DNA of 64,000 nucleotides from a virus. The stretch spans positions 32,001 through 96,000 of IMG/VR virus record IMGVR_UViG_3300045988_125079; one strand, given 5' to 3'. The notes under the pieces are model-generated. The model was not told the DNA's origin. It saw only the letters and a list, made by a program, of their open reading frames with translations, and made no database searches. Positions within the stretch are counted from its first letter, which is position 1; each line of letters starts with the position of its first letter. The position numbers and the translations under genes are program-made. Positions 8,374-17,278 of this stretch are shown piece after piece.

Positions 8374-9159
8374 TCACACTACCTTTAATGCCATTCGATT
8401 GATAGTAACAACTAACTCGTTGACACGGTTTCTATCGATGGTGTCCGGCAAAGCAGTGTTCGCCTTATCGTACTGCAGGCGTTTTTCATATTCTTTGTGG
8501 AAATCTTTTACATCATGCTTGATATAACCGTTTGTAGCCTGGAATTCACCGTTTCGAGCCATCATCAATAGGTCGTGGTTTTCCGCTCGATTCGTAATGA
8601 TTTCACCCTTTTCCAAGATGTCAAATACCGTGAGATAAAGACGAATCATATTCATGATGGTTTTGTTCATTCGCTTCTTGGTGATCTGATCTTCTGGGTG
8701 TTGATTACACCATTCGCCCAAAGTGACTGCCTTCTTGAACAATTTATCTGCAAAGCCACCAAACGAATACACGACCTGTCTGGACAGGAACAACTTCTTA
8801 TTATCTATCAAAAGCTTTGTGGCCGGATGATAGCTTATAACGAGATCATCAACATTTCCAAGCTGCTCCAGCATGTTCGGATTGCCGCTACACATGAGCT
8901 TAACTGCTTTATTGAAGCTAAATACCGTTGTATCAGTGGTTTCATCGACCCAGTGATCGAACGTGTCCATGCCAAGCAGCTCATATTCTGTATTAAGCGC
9001 GACACCACGGATATCCACATCAGATCCTGCTACATTCGTTCCATAAGCATGGCTACCGCCAATAGTCAGAAACATCAAATGCTTGCTTAGGTGTGGATCA
9101 GTACGTAGAAAATCATACGGTTTGCTATCAATAATACGTTGTAATTCTTCTCGTGTCAT
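8374..9159 (-). CDS. Pol-beta-superfamily nucleotidyltransferase (RlaP-like)
   Basis: GGSHAYGTNVAGSDVDIRGV is the GS...DxD nucleotidyltransferase signature. Start trimmed to MTREELQ, which has AAGAGGTGG upstream. Confidence 0.65.
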   Translation of the reverse strand: MTREELQRIIDSKPYDFLRTDPHLSKHLMFLTIGGSHAYGTNVAGSDVDIRGVALNTEYELLGMDTFDHWVDETTDTTVFSFNKAVKLMCSGNPNMLEQLGNVDDLVISYHPATKLLIDNKKLFLSRQVVYSFGGFADKLFKKAVTLGEWCNQHPEDQITKKRMNKTIMNMIRLYLTVFDILEKGEIITNRAENHDLLMMARNGEFQATNGYIKHDVKDFHKEYEKRLQYDKANTALPDTIDRNRVNELVVTINRMALKVV

Positions 9160-9292
9160 TTTTACCACCTCTTTACGTTTTAGATTATTAACATCACAGC
9201 AATAAAACAAAATGCCCACATCGGAACAATTAACCATACCCAATCAAGGCAAAAATCAATAAATTGAGATAATAATCTCAAAATAAAGTTCA

Positions 9293-10132
9293 TCATAACC
9301 CTGTTTGCACCGTATCAAATTCGATCGTCTCTCCTGTTTCTTTATTGACACCATACCCTACCACATGAACGATATAAGCCGGCCAGCGCTCTTTGTTTTC
9401 ATCAATGGCGATACGAACAGTACCTTTGAAATTTTTGATCCAAGTTACACACCAAGGCTTTTCAAGATGATCATTGTATTTTGGATTAAACTTTAAGACG
9501 GAGACCAAATCAGCCACACATACCATACCGGCATCTGCGCAGAATTCGCCCAGTTTAACCTTCGTTTCTGGCACGAATGTAGTACAACCCCAATCACCGT
9601 AGTAAGTATTGGACTCTATTCCAATGATGCCATGGCTGCTGATATCGCAACATTCAAATTTTCTCCGCTCGTCATTTGACATATTATGAGACAGATAACA
9701 TGGATCTGTAATGATAATATCCCCATCAAACTCCATAATACCATCTTCTGCTTCAAGATAACGATCTTTATATTCTAAGAATTCTTCATATTTTTCTGCC
9801 ATATCTCGCAGTTTTTCAAATTCCTTCGAGATTTTCTTCAGCGTTTCATCGGGATCTGCACCCCTTTCGATATCATGCTTAATATACCATTTCACAAAAA
9901 AAGAGCCACTATCCGTTTCTGTAACCAATCTATGTACATCGAAACTGTCTGGTTCCTCGTTAAGCTTTGCAAGCGCCTCAAACAGTTTTATCTCGACATC
10001 AACAACACGACGATCAATAGTGCTCTTAACCCATTCAGGAATTCGATTCCATTCATCTACCAATGCCTGTGGATAATCTTTAAACTGTTCATGATATTCT
10101 TTATTCTTCTGTTCTACCCATTCATGTGTCAT
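9293..10132 (-). CDS. hypothetical protein (279 aa)
   Basis: ORF track trimmed to MTHEWVEQ, which has AGGAGA upstream and abuts the stop of 10135-10650. Confidence 0.6.
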   Translation of the reverse strand: MTHEWVEQKNKEYHEQFKDYPQALVDEWNRIPEWVKSTIDRRVVDVEIKLFEALAKLNEEPDSFDVHRLVTETDSGSFFVKWYIKHDIERGADPDETLKKISKEFEKLRDMAEKYEEFLEYKDRYLEAEDGIMEFDGDIIITDPCYLSHNMSNDERRKFECCDISSHGIIGIESNTYYGDWGCTTFVPETKVKLGEFCADAGMVCVADLVSVLKFNPKYNDHLEKPWCVTWIKNFKGTVRIAIDENKERWPAYIVHVVGYGVNKETGETIEFDTVQTGL

Positions 10133-10134
10133 AT

Positions 10135-10650
10135 TTATTCTCCTATCAGATTCGGATTCGTTGAATTCCAAATTTCTTGAGACGTATTTTCGCCATCATC
10201 CGACAGTTTATCGACCCAAGCATTGAGCACCTCACGGTACACTGTCATATTTGGACAAAAATGACTGTTGGTGAATACCGGCATATCGTCATTGCACAGA
10301 ATTCTCATGATAGCAGCACACACAGCGGCGGATCTCGATACACCAGCAGCACAATTCACGCAGAACCAATCGGTCTTATCTGCTTCGTGGTTATCCAAGA
10401 CAAAATTTACAATATTCCTAGCTTGAACATTCGTAATACATGTACCTTCCAGATTGGTGGTACAATCATCAAACTTCAGTGGTAAGAACGTAATGTTGCC
10501 TTCGCACTTCTGAAAATTGATATGATAACCATTCGCCTCAGTAATAGAGATAAACCGAATTCGTTCAAAATGCGATTCTTGAATAAACTTTTCTGCTTCG
10601 TCGGCGCTCATAACGGAGAACTTCCATTTGCCACGATACATGGTAATCAT
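10135..10650 (-). CDS. Cys-based (dual-specificity/PTP-like) phosphatase
   Basis: VNCAAGVSRSAAV matches the CX5R(S/T) active-site loop. Start at MITMYRG, which has GGAGGG upstream. Confidence 0.6.
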   Translation of the reverse strand: MITMYRGKWKFSVMSADEAEKFIQESHFERIRFISITEANGYHINFQKCEGNITFLPLKFDDCTTNLEGTCITNVQARNIVNFVLDNHEADKTDWFCVNCAAGVSRSAAVCAAIMRILCNDDMPVFTNSHFCPNMTVYREVLNAWVDKLSDDGENTSQEIWNSTNPNLIGE

Positions 10651-10651
10651 T

Positions 10652-11230
10652 TTATCCCTCCTCGATACCGAATAGTTCTTCGCCAAATAAGAAAAACTCT
10701 CCGCCAGTCAGTTCGTCATTCACGTCATTTAATTGATCAAACCTAAAATGAGACGGATCAATATTGATATGTTTGAAACCGGCCTCTGGCATATCCAAGT
10801 CATCACCATAACTGGAAATATAATCATCCAGACATTCGTAATACTGATAGCAACTGTTATAAATCTCCTGTTCATCATAATCAATCGTCATTTCTCCACA
10901 AGCAAAATGCAACTGATCATTCATTCCAAACTCGGAAATAGCAATCAAGCCGTCACTACCATTTACATTGTCCTTTTTAATGACTCCATTTGGATACACA
11001 TCTTCAAAATAAGACCAATCAGATGAATCAACGCCACCACCGTTCTGTTCGATATGATGCTTCAACTTGAGAATTAGGTCATCTTTTGTTGTGCAGCTCC
11101 CCCAGTTAACGAATTGTATGAGTTCATCTGCAATTGTTAAAGACGGCCATGTGTATGCACCCCAACGATAATGAATCGTAGCGATATCTTCGCCAAAAGC
11201 GTGAATCTTAACAACTAACGGTTGACTCAT
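10652..11230 (-). CDS. hypothetical protein (192 aa)
   Basis: ORF track. Its ATG overlaps the stop of the next gene. Confidence 0.6.
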   Translation of the reverse strand: MSQPLVVKIHAFGEDIATIHYRWGAYTWPSLTIADELIQFVNWGSCTTKDDLILKLKHHIEQNGGGVDSSDWSYFEDVYPNGVIKKDNVNGSDGLIAISEFGMNDQLHFACGEMTIDYDEQEIYNSCYQYYECLDDYISSYGDDLDMPEAGFKHINIDPSHFRFDQLNDVNDELTGGEFFLFGEELFGIEEG

Positions 11231-11544
11231 TATTTCAATTTCCCTTCTTGATATAATCTTCTTTTATATTCTCGAACTTTTCGAATCGTCTTTGCCCGTT
11301 CTTCTCGATCTTGCTTATAATTCATCCAATGATTTTTTATGTACTCATCGTTTTTTGCTTTTGATTCTTCATTTACAATCAACAAAATAGTTTTATGAGA
11401 TACATTATACTCTCGTGCAAGTTTTCGAAGTGAATATGTACCAGTTTGATATTTACGAAGTATTTCTGTCTTTTTTTCGGAAGTTAATTTTACACGCCGA
11501 TCTTGTTGCTCAGACAAGCGAATATTCTGCCACTTACTCGCCAT
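11230..11544 (-). CDS. small HTH DNA-binding protein
   Basis: YSLRKLAREYNVSHKTILLI is helix-turn-helix-like. Start trimmed to MASKWQN; the longer ORF-track N-terminus overlaps 11534-11866. Confidence 0.55.
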   Translation of the reverse strand: MASKWQNIRLSEQQDRRVKLTSEKKTEILRKYQTGTYSLRKLAREYNVSHKTILLIVNEESKAKNDEYIKNHWMNYKQDREERAKTIRKVREYKRRLYQEGKLK

Positions 11545-11866
11545 CTTCCTCAACCACCGGTCCAAAGTATTCGCCAAGCACTTCATCCCAAATTTCGTTT
11601 TCAGGGACATTGCAATCAAACTCATCCATAAAACGACTGGCGAGATAGTCAATATCTTCAATTGCATCATCGTAAGATACACCGTATTCCTTTTCAAACG
11701 CGTTCTTATCGCCGTCAAGCCATTCTAGGCGCTCATCAATAAATCGCTTTGCATCCATTTCACGATAGTGTGCTTCCTGATACCGATACGCCGCTTCAAT
11801 CTGATCTTCATTCATGACATAAGATGCTCCAGTAACACTGCTTACAACCACGATGTCTTTATCCAT
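11534..11866 (-). CDS. hypothetical acidic protein (110 aa)
   Basis: ORF track. ATG start in the operon array. Confidence 0.6.
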   Translation of the reverse strand: MDKDIVVVSSVTGASYVMNEDQIEAAYRYQEAHYREMDAKRFIDERLEWLDGDKNAFEKEYGVSYDDAIEDIDYLASRFMDEFDCNVPENEIWDEVLGEYFGPVVEEDGE

Positions 11867-11868
11867 AA

Positions 11869-12036
11869 TTATCCCTTTACTGCCTCAATACACACTAACT
11901 CATCTTCATAGTCGTTCATTTCGTTTTCATCGTACATAATCTTAGCAATTTTTTCAGCTTCTTCTTTTGAGTTTGCTTCAACAACGGTTTCATAATATCT
12001 AATTGCTGAAGCATAAACCGTATATTTATATTTCAT
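11869..12036 (-). CDS. small hypothetical protein (55 aa)
   Basis: Hand-translated MKYKYTVYASAIRYYE...CIEAVKG. ATG overlaps the upstream TAA (TAATG). Below the ORF-track cutoff. Confidence 0.45.
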   Translation of the reverse strand: MKYKYTVYASAIRYYETVVEANSKEEAEKIAKIMYDENEMNDYEDELVCIEAVKG

Positions 12037-12227
12037 TAAAAATACTCCTTCAGTGTTTCCTCCAAATATTCAAATCCGTTATAATCTTCAATGATTTCAT
12101 AATGCCCTGGTTCTACCCATCCACCACAGCACAAACACAAAACTCGATCGTCATTAAAAATAATGCCAAAGTGAATATCATCCGGTTCATCGAGATCCTT
12201 AAATTTAATCAGGCTCCTTGCTTCCAT
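12036..12227 (-). CDS. hypothetical protein (CCGG/zinc-like motif)
   Basis: ORF track 12036-12299 begins with GTG inside the HD gene. Trimmed to the first ATG (MEARSLIKF). Confidence 0.5.
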   Translation of the reverse strand: MEARSLIKFKDLDEPDDIHFGIIFNDDRVLCLCCGGWVEPGHYEIIEDYNGFEYLEETLKEYF

Positions 12228-12250
12228 CTTTACACCGTCCAACAATTGTC

Positions 12251-12811
12251 TTATACTCCAGCAATATGACTTGCCATCATGTCCGCTGTGTGTGTCCACA
12301 ACACATTCTGAAATTGACCAATGGCTCGATTATAATACTTCCATTCGTTTGTATCTGTCTCATAGGCACCCATATGCCATCGAATGCATGCAACTTCTTC
12401 CTCTGTCAGGGTGATAACACTCGCCAGCATACAGATGGATTTTTCGCCATGATGACTGAAAATAGAATCGTTCAGATACTCATATGTTCCTTTATCCGGA
12501 ATAAAAAGATACTGATCTGTTTTGCAAACATCATGCAACAGCCCAATTAGATACGGAGAGCGTGGATTTCCCCATTTCAGTCCTAACTTATCTGTCAGCG
12601 AAACAAGAGCCTTAACAACAGCGATGCTATGCTCTGCCAAACCACATGGATGAGAACCATGATATTTTGCAGATGCAGGAGCTACCCAAAAATTATGATG
12701 ATTTAGCCACTGAGTGAGTTTCATATAATCATCCCATGTTAAATACTTTTTCAAATCTTCATAAATTTCGTTTTTGAGTTCAACTTGCTTCTTTTCAATT
12801 TCTTCGTTCAT
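12251..12811 (-). CDS. HD-domain phosphohydrolase
   Basis: AEHSIAV...LIGLLHDVCK gives the H...HD metal-binding motifs. Confidence 0.75.
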   Translation of the reverse strand: MNEEIEKKQVELKNEIYEDLKKYLTWDDYMKLTQWLNHHNFWVAPASAKYHGSHPCGLAEHSIAVVKALVSLTDKLGLKWGNPRSPYLIGLLHDVCKTDQYLFIPDKGTYEYLNDSIFSHHGEKSICMLASVITLTEEEVACIRWHMGAYETDTNEWKYYNRAIGQFQNVLWTHTADMMASHIAGV

Positions 12812-12813
12812 TT

Positions 12814-13029
12814 TTATTCTCCTTTGCTTTTTAAAATATCTTTACGTACCCAACTTTCAAAACTCTCTACTACTTCATCGTCAAGCTCGTATTGATAATA
12901 AAAATCAACTTCACCATGAACATCAATACGATACATAGCCATAACGAAACCGTATTTTTCATTTGAAGCGTTAACATATCCGATTGTGCAATATCCTTTA
13001 TGTTGCTCGCATTGATCAAGTTTCCACAT
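12814..13029 (-). CDS. hypothetical protein (71 aa)
   Basis: ORF track. Tight spacing with neighbours. Confidence 0.55.
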   Translation of the reverse strand: MWKLDQCEQHKGYCTIGYVNASNEKYGFVMAMYRIDVHGEVDFYYQYELDDEVVESFESWVRKDILKSKGE

Positions 13030-13038
13030 ATAAACCTC

Positions 13039-13302
13039 TTAATCCTGACAAATATCTCCGTCCTCAAATCGAACCGAGGCTACATAGTTTTCATCATTCT
13101 TTTTATATCCAACAGTTTGAATATTGCCAAATGTTGAATTATATTCCGTTATTGATACCAAATTATTCCAGTCTACATTCACACCATCTTCAGAAAAGAA
13201 GATGCCGATACCAGGATAATCTTCTGTTTCACCAGTTGGACGGCACACAAGGTATCCACCGGGAATCTTGATTTTCATATCTATTTCATTAATAGGGATC
13301 AT
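13039..13302 (-). CDS. hypothetical protein (87 aa)
   Basis: ORF track. GGAGAT upstream of the ATG. Confidence 0.55.
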   Translation of the reverse strand: MIPINEIDMKIKIPGGYLVCRPTGETEDYPGIGIFFSEDGVNVDWNNLVSITEYNSTFGNIQTVGYKKNDENYVASVRFEDGDICQD

Positions 13303-13332
13303 ATTATCATCTCCAACAAAAGCATGATTCCA

Positions 13333-13536
13333 TTACTCAACATCTTCGAACTCACAATTTTCTTCATCTAGCTCATCACTGTCGGTAATGTATTCAAGAG
13401 TTCCAAGGGGAATTTTAGTGATATGTTCTTTCGCATATTTAATAGCTTCATCAATATTCATACTATCAGGAACATCAATAAAACTATTATAAACGGCCAT
13501 ACAATTTACAGTTACAGCCAATCTTTTCATACTCAT
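13333..13536 (-). CDS. hypothetical acidic protein (67 aa)
   Basis: ORF track. AAGGAG upstream. Confidence 0.55.
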   Translation of the reverse strand: MSMKRLAVTVNCMAVYNSFIDVPDSMNIDEAIKYAKEHITKIPLGTLEYITDSDELDEENCEFEDVE

Positions 13537-13619
13537 CTGCTCCTTTATTATGTTTTATTGTTTTGTATTGGCAGCGGTTATGCCTGCCCCAGTACCGCCA
13601 ATCACCTGGCATACGATTT

Positions 13620-13820
13620 TTACTTTAGCATCCCTTCGATCTTGTCAACCAAGGTCCAATACTCCATACCATAGAGACACGCTTCGTTATCGCCCTCATG
13701 TCGTTCAGCTTGCTCGTTAGAATCTTCGCACGGAACTTCAATCCCCTTCTGATACAGAAGGTCATCAAAGAGATCGACAATTCGTGCAGCAAGTTCTCTT
13801 TTCTTGTCCATCTGATTCAC
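13620..13820 (-). CDS. hypothetical protein (66 aa)
   Basis: ORF track. GTG start 8 nt after GAGGAG. Confidence 0.5.
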   Translation of the reverse strand: MNQMDKKRELAARIVDLFDDLLYQKGIEVPCEDSNEQAERHEGDNEACLYGMEYWTLVDKIEGMLK

Positions 13821-13825
13821 TCATT

Positions 13826-14014
13826 TTACTCCTCAAAGTCAATATCAAAAGAAGTAGTTCCGTCTTCGTTTTCCCGATAATTCATTTCAGCGAGAGAGTC
13901 CATACACTCCTTTAACTTCTTTTGCGTGTTCTCTACATCCGGATGGCTTAGAAGATACTGGAGTCGTTTTGCTCCATCAGCACTCAAAATAATATCTCCA
14001 TTAACGTAGTGCAT
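13826..14014 (-). CDS. hypothetical protein (62 aa)
   Basis: ORF track. ATG start. Abuts pncA. Confidence 0.55.
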   Translation of the reverse strand: MHYVNGDIILSADGAKRLQYLLSHPDVENTQKKLKECMDSLAEMNYRENEDGTTSFDIDFEE

Positions 14015-14015
14015 T

Positions 14016-14582
14016 TTATTCCTCGTTTACAATTTCGATTTGACACATCTTCATGGCGGCAAGTGCATTCTTGTGAGACTCAGGAGTAACGCCGGCACAG
14101 CAGCTTGCATCCACAATGATAGGTACCGACGGTAGAGCAGCTTTGAGCAGCATTGCATTAGAGATCACGCAGATATCAGTACAGAGACCAACCAGAGTAA
14201 TAGAAGTGATGTCCGCACTGGTGCACCAAAAAACATCTTTCAGATCACTTGCCAACCGGAATGATCCAAATGTGAATTTATCGTAAACCGGATTATTTTC
14301 ACACCAGTCTTCATCGGGGATCGTTGCATCGACCTCATCGACAAGCTGCCAGCCTCGTGTACCGCGCAGACAATGTTTAACAGGAAGGCGCTTGCCCTCT
14401 TGGGTTTCGAGATAATTGTTATGGTGAGTATCCCGGGTATACAGGACCTTACCTTTCCAACTCTTGATCTTCTCCACAACCTTCGGCACAATTGCCTGAG
14501 CTTCTGGAGTGCCAAGAGCGCCGGTCACAAAATCGTTCTGCATATCCACAACAATCAGAATATCAGCCTTTGTCTTTTCCAT
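14016..14582 (-). CDS. pncA: nicotinamidase / isochorismatase-family hydrolase
   Basis: ILIVVDMQNDF and TLVGLCTDICV provide the Asp, Lys and Cys catalytic pattern of PncA-type enzymes. Confidence 0.75.
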   Translation of the reverse strand: MEKTKADILIVVDMQNDFVTGALGTPEAQAIVPKVVEKIKSWKGKVLYTRDTHHNNYLETQEGKRLPVKHCLRGTRGWQLVDEVDATIPDEDWCENNPVYDKFTFGSFRLASDLKDVFWCTSADITSITLVGLCTDICVISNAMLLKAALPSVPIIVDASCCAGVTPESHKNALAAMKMCQIEIVNEE

Positions 14583-14594
14583 AAGAACTCTCCC

Positions 14595-15794
14595 TTAATT
14601 GTATTTCCAAATATATCCACCTGCTGATTTTTGTTTTCCTTTACAGCAGTTATAAATATTCGAGTGTTTGATGTTGTAATAGTTCGCAGCATCCGTCATA
14701 CTGCCCCATTCTTTAATTAAATTTCCAGTTTTATCATATTGGAGTACCTTTCGCTTTCCGCCGATATGCTCTTCTTTGCTTTTCGCAAACGCCACAACGT
14801 CATCAACGTCAAGTCCGTCCTCGTCATAAGCCCAAGCGTATCCTTTTGCCATATAAGCTTTCCGGTTACAGCACTCAGAAATTGCTCCATCACTTCCATT
14901 TACGGCTATAGCAGCTTCTGTTATTGTGTCATACCGCGCAACAATTTCTTTAGAATTCACATCTATTTGACAGACTTTTGCCCGATATCGTTTGTGTTTA
15001 TGAACACGCATTTCTTTTTCATGATATTCGTATTTATCAATACATTCTTCATTGAGCATTTGTTGGTAGAATTTTTGAAATATTTCTTCGATACGATTAA
15101 AATGAGTGTATTTAATATAAAGGATTGGAATTTTATGTTCTTCGCAATAATCGGATTTTATTTTGTCCAATCGTTTTCGTTCTTCAAGATTCTTTTCTTT
15201 TTGCTCTTTACATTCACCATTGAATGTAAATGGGTAATAATGCTGTTCGCCTTGTAATTCTACAAGAAACAGTAACTTTTTACTCTCATGGTGAAATATC
15301 GCGAAGTCAAAAGGTAAAGCTCTTGTATCTATACAATCAGCAAATTTATATTGCTGAATATATAAGATATTATTTTCAGACAGATATTGTTGCAGAATAT
15401 ATTCTGCTTTTGAAGAAACACAGCCGCATGATATTGTTTGCCCTGTAGTTAAAGCAGATATTGATACATAAGCGTATCTCCCACAGTCACATTCACATGT
15501 CCATATGGTTCTTTTTCCCGGTTTTCGTACAGGGCATAAAGCCACTAATTTACCAAAACGCTGACCAGTAACATCAACAAACTTAATCTTTGATGTGTTC
15601 TCACTTTGAAAACATCCACATGATCGTGTATGTCCAGATTTTAAATGTGTGCCGGCAACGACAACTTCGTTTCCACAATCGCATTTACAAATCCAATGTG
15701 GTTTATGTTGACCAGACGGTGTTATTCTGTCTTCTGCAGGTCCTATAACTGTTAATCGACCAAATTTTTGACCTGTTAAATCCTCCCTACTCAT
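14595..15794 (-). CDS. homing-endonuclease-like protein (Zn-ribbon repeats + Vsr/PD-(D/E)xK-like core + NUMOD1-type repeats)
   Basis: Two N-terminal repeats GQ(K/R)FG(R/K)L.V..W.C.CDCG...SCGC. Central LPFDFAIF...LVELQGEQHY. Two C-terminal repeats ending GY(A/I)W(A/K)Y. Confidence 0.65.
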   Translation of the reverse strand: MSREDLTGQKFGRLTVIGPAEDRITPSGQHKPHWICKCDCGNEVVVAGTHLKSGHTRSCGCFQSENTSKIKFVDVTGQRFGKLVALCPVRKPGKRTIWTCECDCGRYAYVSISALTTGQTISCGCVSSKAEYILQQYLSENNILYIQQYKFADCIDTRALPFDFAIFHHESKKLLFLVELQGEQHYYPFTFNGECKEQKEKNLEERKRLDKIKSDYCEEHKIPILYIKYTHFNRIEEIFQKFYQQMLNEECIDKYEYHEKEMRVHKHKRYRAKVCQIDVNSKEIVARYDTITEAAIAVNGSDGAISECCNRKAYMAKGYAWAYDEDGLDVDDVVAFAKSKEEHIGGKRKVLQYDKTGNLIKEWGSMTDAANYYNIKHSNIYNCCKGKQKSAGGYIWKYN

Positions 15795-15828
15795 AAATCA
15801 CTCACTTTCTATTGTAATTTTTTACAAT

Positions 15829-16581
15829 TTACTTGACCCAGTTTCTCATAAAGGTAGGCATTGGAAGCATTTTAAACATATTTGCATTGTGAAGCCTATC
15901 GATTTTTGCTGCCGTTTCAGTATCCCCACCAAAGTCTCCAGTACGAATATACTTATCCAGAAATTCGTATGTGAATCCAAGATTGTCTTCGTCCGTTTTA
16001 CCACTCAACCCATCCTGCGGAATTTTGTTGATAAACTTATCAGGCAAGCCAAGCAAAGTTCCAACCGCCTTAACTTCGGTTACTGTTAAATCGCCCAATG
16101 GACTAAATTGACCAACAGTGTCACCAAAAACACTTCCATACCCGGTGTACCGCTCACTATAGTTCGAATTATTGCTCACCCGCCCATTCCTGCTCTGTGC
16201 CACCATGAACAGAGTTGCCATACGGATGCGAGCCGGCAAATTCACACGAGCCTGCTTGGTATCCACGATCCCACCAGTACGGCCAGATTCCAGCAGTGTA
16301 TTCACCGTGCCCGCGATATTGATCTCATGTGAGTCGATGTCGAGGTACTTCACTACCTCACGCGCCACATCAATATCGCTCTGAACACCCTGCGGCATCA
16401 GAACACCAATGACGCGATCCTTGCCAATGGCCTCACAGCACAGAGCCGCCACAATAGTAGAATCCTTGCCACCAGAGATTCCGACGACTGCGTTGCACTC
16501 AGGGCCGTTCTTACGGAAGTAGTTGCGAATCCAGTTGATCAATTCTTCCTTAGTTTTCTTTGCATCGAATGTATAATTCAT
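15829..16581 (-). CDS. nadE: NH3-dependent NAD+ synthetase
   Basis: GISGGKDSTIVAAL is the PP-loop motif (SGGxDS). Length of about 250 aa fits NadE. Confidence 0.8.
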   Translation of the reverse strand: MNYTFDAKKTKEELINWIRNYFRKNGPECNAVVGISGGKDSTIVAALCCEAIGKDRVIGVLMPQGVQSDIDVAREVVKYLDIDSHEINIAGTVNTLLESGRTGGIVDTKQARVNLPARIRMATLFMVAQSRNGRVSNNSNYSERYTGYGSVFGDTVGQFSPLGDLTVTEVKAVGTLLGLPDKFINKIPQDGLSGKTDEDNLGFTYEFLDKYIRTGDFGGDTETAAKIDRLHNANMFKMLPMPTFMRNWVK

Positions 16582-16594
16582 AATTCATTCCTCC

Positions 16595-17059
16595 TTACAG
16601 TTTCCACAGCTCCACATCAACACCCTGGAATGCAGCATCAATATTCTTTTTGACCGTATCCCAGTTTGCACCGCCACGGACACAGCCGATCTTATACGGC
16701 ATTGCTACCTTGAGGTTTCCAGCACGAGCGATATCTGCAACGGTACTGAGCGCTTTTGTCAGAGCATCGATAGAGGTGTACTGCTTCCCGTTATAACCGA
16801 AATCTTCCTGACCGAAACAGTTAGCGATCCAGCGGCTCCCCTCTTCATTCACAGGAACTAGCTGTGCTACACCGAGATTCTGAGCAGGATCATTCATACA
16901 GCGCTCACATAGATCACGATACTGTTCGTATACGGCTGGATACCGTTCACGAACTTCTTTAGCAACACCGGACCCCATAACACCCTGACAATTGACCTGA
17001 TGACAGATAATGTCAGCATCAGAATCAAATACGTTGCCCTCTTTGATCACAACAGCCAT
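16595..17059 (-). CDS. macro-domain protein (ADP-ribose binding/hydrolase)
   Basis: ICHQVNCQGVMGSGVAKEV is a typical macro-domain glycine-rich loop. Start set at the Met 9 nt after GGAGG. Confidence 0.7.
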   Translation of the reverse strand: MAVVIKEGNVFDSDADIICHQVNCQGVMGSGVAKEVRERYPAVYEQYRDLCERCMNDPAQNLGVAQLVPVNEEGSRWIANCFGQEDFGYNGKQYTSIDALTKALSTVADIARAGNLKVAMPYKIGCVRGGANWDTVKKNIDAAFQGVDVELWKL

Positions 17060-17065
17060 CAGCAT

Positions 17066-17278
17066 TCACCTCCGATTCAACTCTTTGATTCCAAAATATT
17101 GCGCTCCTCGTTGACTACGCAAATTAAACTGCTCAAGCTCTGGGGTCCATACAACCACATCCATCTCATCAAAAGCCCCTGCATGAATTAACTTCAGAGC
17201 TTCTTTTCTATCGCATTTGCGAATAACTTTTCCATCGTACCAAAAGCGAATTAAGTTATCAGTGGGTTTATAAATCAT
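17066..17278 (-). CDS. hypothetical protein (70 aa)
   Basis: ORF track trimmed to the ATG (MIYKPTDN), which overlaps the NAMPT stop (TGATG). Confidence 0.5.
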   Translation of the reverse strand: MIYKPTDNLIRFWYDGKVIRKCDRKEALKLIHAGAFDEMDVVVWTPELEQFNLRSQRGAQYFGIKELNRR

